A stretch of DNA of 36,433 nucleotides from the NCBI GenBank assembly GCA_015490695.1, contig WFXK01000024.1, forward strand, positions 1 through 36,433, read 5' to 3'. The first letter of the stretch is position 1. Each line of letters opens with the position of its first letter. This document shows positions 35,661-36,433 of this stretch, piece by piece. The notes beneath the pieces were generated by a model. The model searched no databases, was not told the origin of the DNA, and saw nothing but the letters and a program-made list of their open reading frames with translations. Source of the stretch: Bacteroidota bacterium. Lineage in GTDB: Bacteria > Bacteroidota > Bacteroidia > SpSt-205 > S141-50. Made by a program: the position numbers and the translations under genes.

Positions 35661-35691
35661 GAGGGGGCAAAAGCCCCCTCTTTTTATTTTT
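35661..35691 (+). terminator. Rho-independent terminator
   Basis: GAGGGGGC-AAAA-GCCCCCTC hairpin (35661-35680) followed by TTTTTATTTTT, 26 nt after the stop of the beta-barrel gene. Confidence 0.78.
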
Positions 35692-35696
35692 GTGCC

Positions 35697-36353
35697 ATGT
35701 ACCTGCTAAGAACTATAGAACTTACTATCGAAACCATCAAAGAACAATTGAGCACTTTATCCTTTCACAAATACCACCAAAGCCTTGAAGGTATTGACCT
35801 TTATTTCCAGGACCAAAACACATGGCAAAACGCTTATGAACGCTTAAAACCATGGGTTTATGCCACAGAGATGAAAACAATGGAAGAGGTTATTGGACAA
35901 TTGCTTCGCAAACGCCAATGGACTATTGCGACTGCAGAAAGCTGTACTGCTGGTCTGATTAGTGCCCGCTTAGCAAATGTACCTGGTAGCTCCCAATACC
36001 TCTTAGGTAGCATTGTCGCTTATAGTAATGAAATAAAAAAACAATTACTTAAAGTTCCTGAACAAACGCTAAAAAACCATGGCGCGGTATCTGAAAAAAC
36101 TTGTTATGCCATGCTCAAAGGGCTACAACAATGCTTCAAAAGCCATTGCGGAATTGCTGTTACGGGTATCGCCGGACCAGGAGGAACGAAAAACAAACCA
36201 CAAGGACTTACTTTCATCGGTGTTTACTGTCCTAAACAATTAAAAATCCAACGTTTTGTTTTCCCTTATAGTCGTAATGAAAACCGATGGTTCTCTTCAC
36301 AATACGCTCTTAATCTCCTAAGAAAACTCGTTTTAGACGATGAAACTTTTTAG
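35697..36353 (+). CDS. CinA-family protein, C-terminal (PncC-like nicotinamide-nucleotide amidohydrolase) domain
   Basis: IATAESCTAGLISARLANVPGSSQYLLGSIVAYSNEIKKQLLKVP and GIAVTGIAGPGG match the CinA_C signature. I place the start at the ATG at 35697 because the TTG-initiated ORF start (35643) would run through the upstream terminator hairpin. Confidence 0.85.
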   Translation: MYLLRTIELTIETIKEQLSTLSFHKYHQSLEGIDLYFQDQNTWQNAYERLKPWVYATEMKTMEEVIGQLLRKRQWTIATAESCTAGLISARLANVPGSSQYLLGSIVAYSNEIKKQLLKVPEQTLKNHGAVSEKTCYAMLKGLQQCFKSHCGIAVTGIAGPGGTKNKPQGLTFIGVYCPKQLKIQRFVFPYSRNENRWFSSQYALNLLRKLVLDDETF

Positions 36354-36381
36354 ATTATTTTTTGTTTTATAAATAAAAAAC

Positions 36382-36433
36382 ATGAATAATCACTACCATT
36401 TACTCATCTTAGGAGGAGGAACGGCAGGCATCT
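36382..36433 (+). CDS. FAD/NAD(P)-binding oxidoreductase (partial; 5' end only)
   Basis: ATG at 36382 followed by MNNHYHLLILGGGTAGI, a dinucleotide-binding GxGxxG fold start. It is truncated by the window edge, so the subfamily cannot be called. Confidence 0.5.
   Translation, partial: MNNHYHLLILGGGTAGI

Noticed and set aside
35685-35692. TATTTTTG match to the -7 promoter consensus 4 nt before the cinA ATG.
   Set aside because: It is embedded in the U-tract of the upstream terminator, so the match may be a by-product of the T-run. I mention it in a finding but do not call it as a feature.
36354-36381. An A/T-only inverted repeat (TGTTTTAT..ATAAAAAACA) after cinA as a terminator.
   Set aside because: The stem is imperfect and made only of A-T pairs, so it would be too weak for an intrinsic terminator. 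It is probably just AT-rich spacer.

Overview
Gene-dense chromosomal segment; the longest non-coding gap is about 164 bp. It looks Bacteroidota-like: TAnnTTTG -7 promoter motifs sit close to start codons, there are no obvious Shine-Dalgarno sites, many products are lipoproteins, there is a TonB-dependent receptor, and four consecutive proteins carry T9SS-type C-terminal sorting domains. Most of the window is housekeeping: purB, fabI, gyrA, an isolated nuoJKL block, an RsmF-like rRNA methyltransferase, tRNA-Val(UAC), meaB, scpA, a class I/II aminotransferase and a CinA-family protein. I found no rRNA, CRISPR array, transposase, integrase or reverse transcriptase. Three pockets look accessory. 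(1) 8.0-13.2 kb holds an AT-richer 1069-aa SF1B (RecD2/Dda-like) helicase with a large internal insertion and a ~390-aa uncharacterised C-terminal module. An unknown lipoprotein converges on it, and a second unknown lipoprotein follows. (2) 20.7-31.9 kb holds secreted or surface proteins: an EEP nuclease lipoprotein, an S8 protease, a BNR/Asp-box propeller, an 864-aa protein of unknown fold and an SBBP-repeat protein. (3) 31.9-33.6 kb holds a merA with no other mer genes. The helicase fusion is my best candidate for something undescribed, followed by the uncharacterised 864-aa T9SS cargo. Neither can be shown to be a multi-gene system from this sequence alone. All family assignments come from reading motifs in the supplied translations. 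No database search was run.
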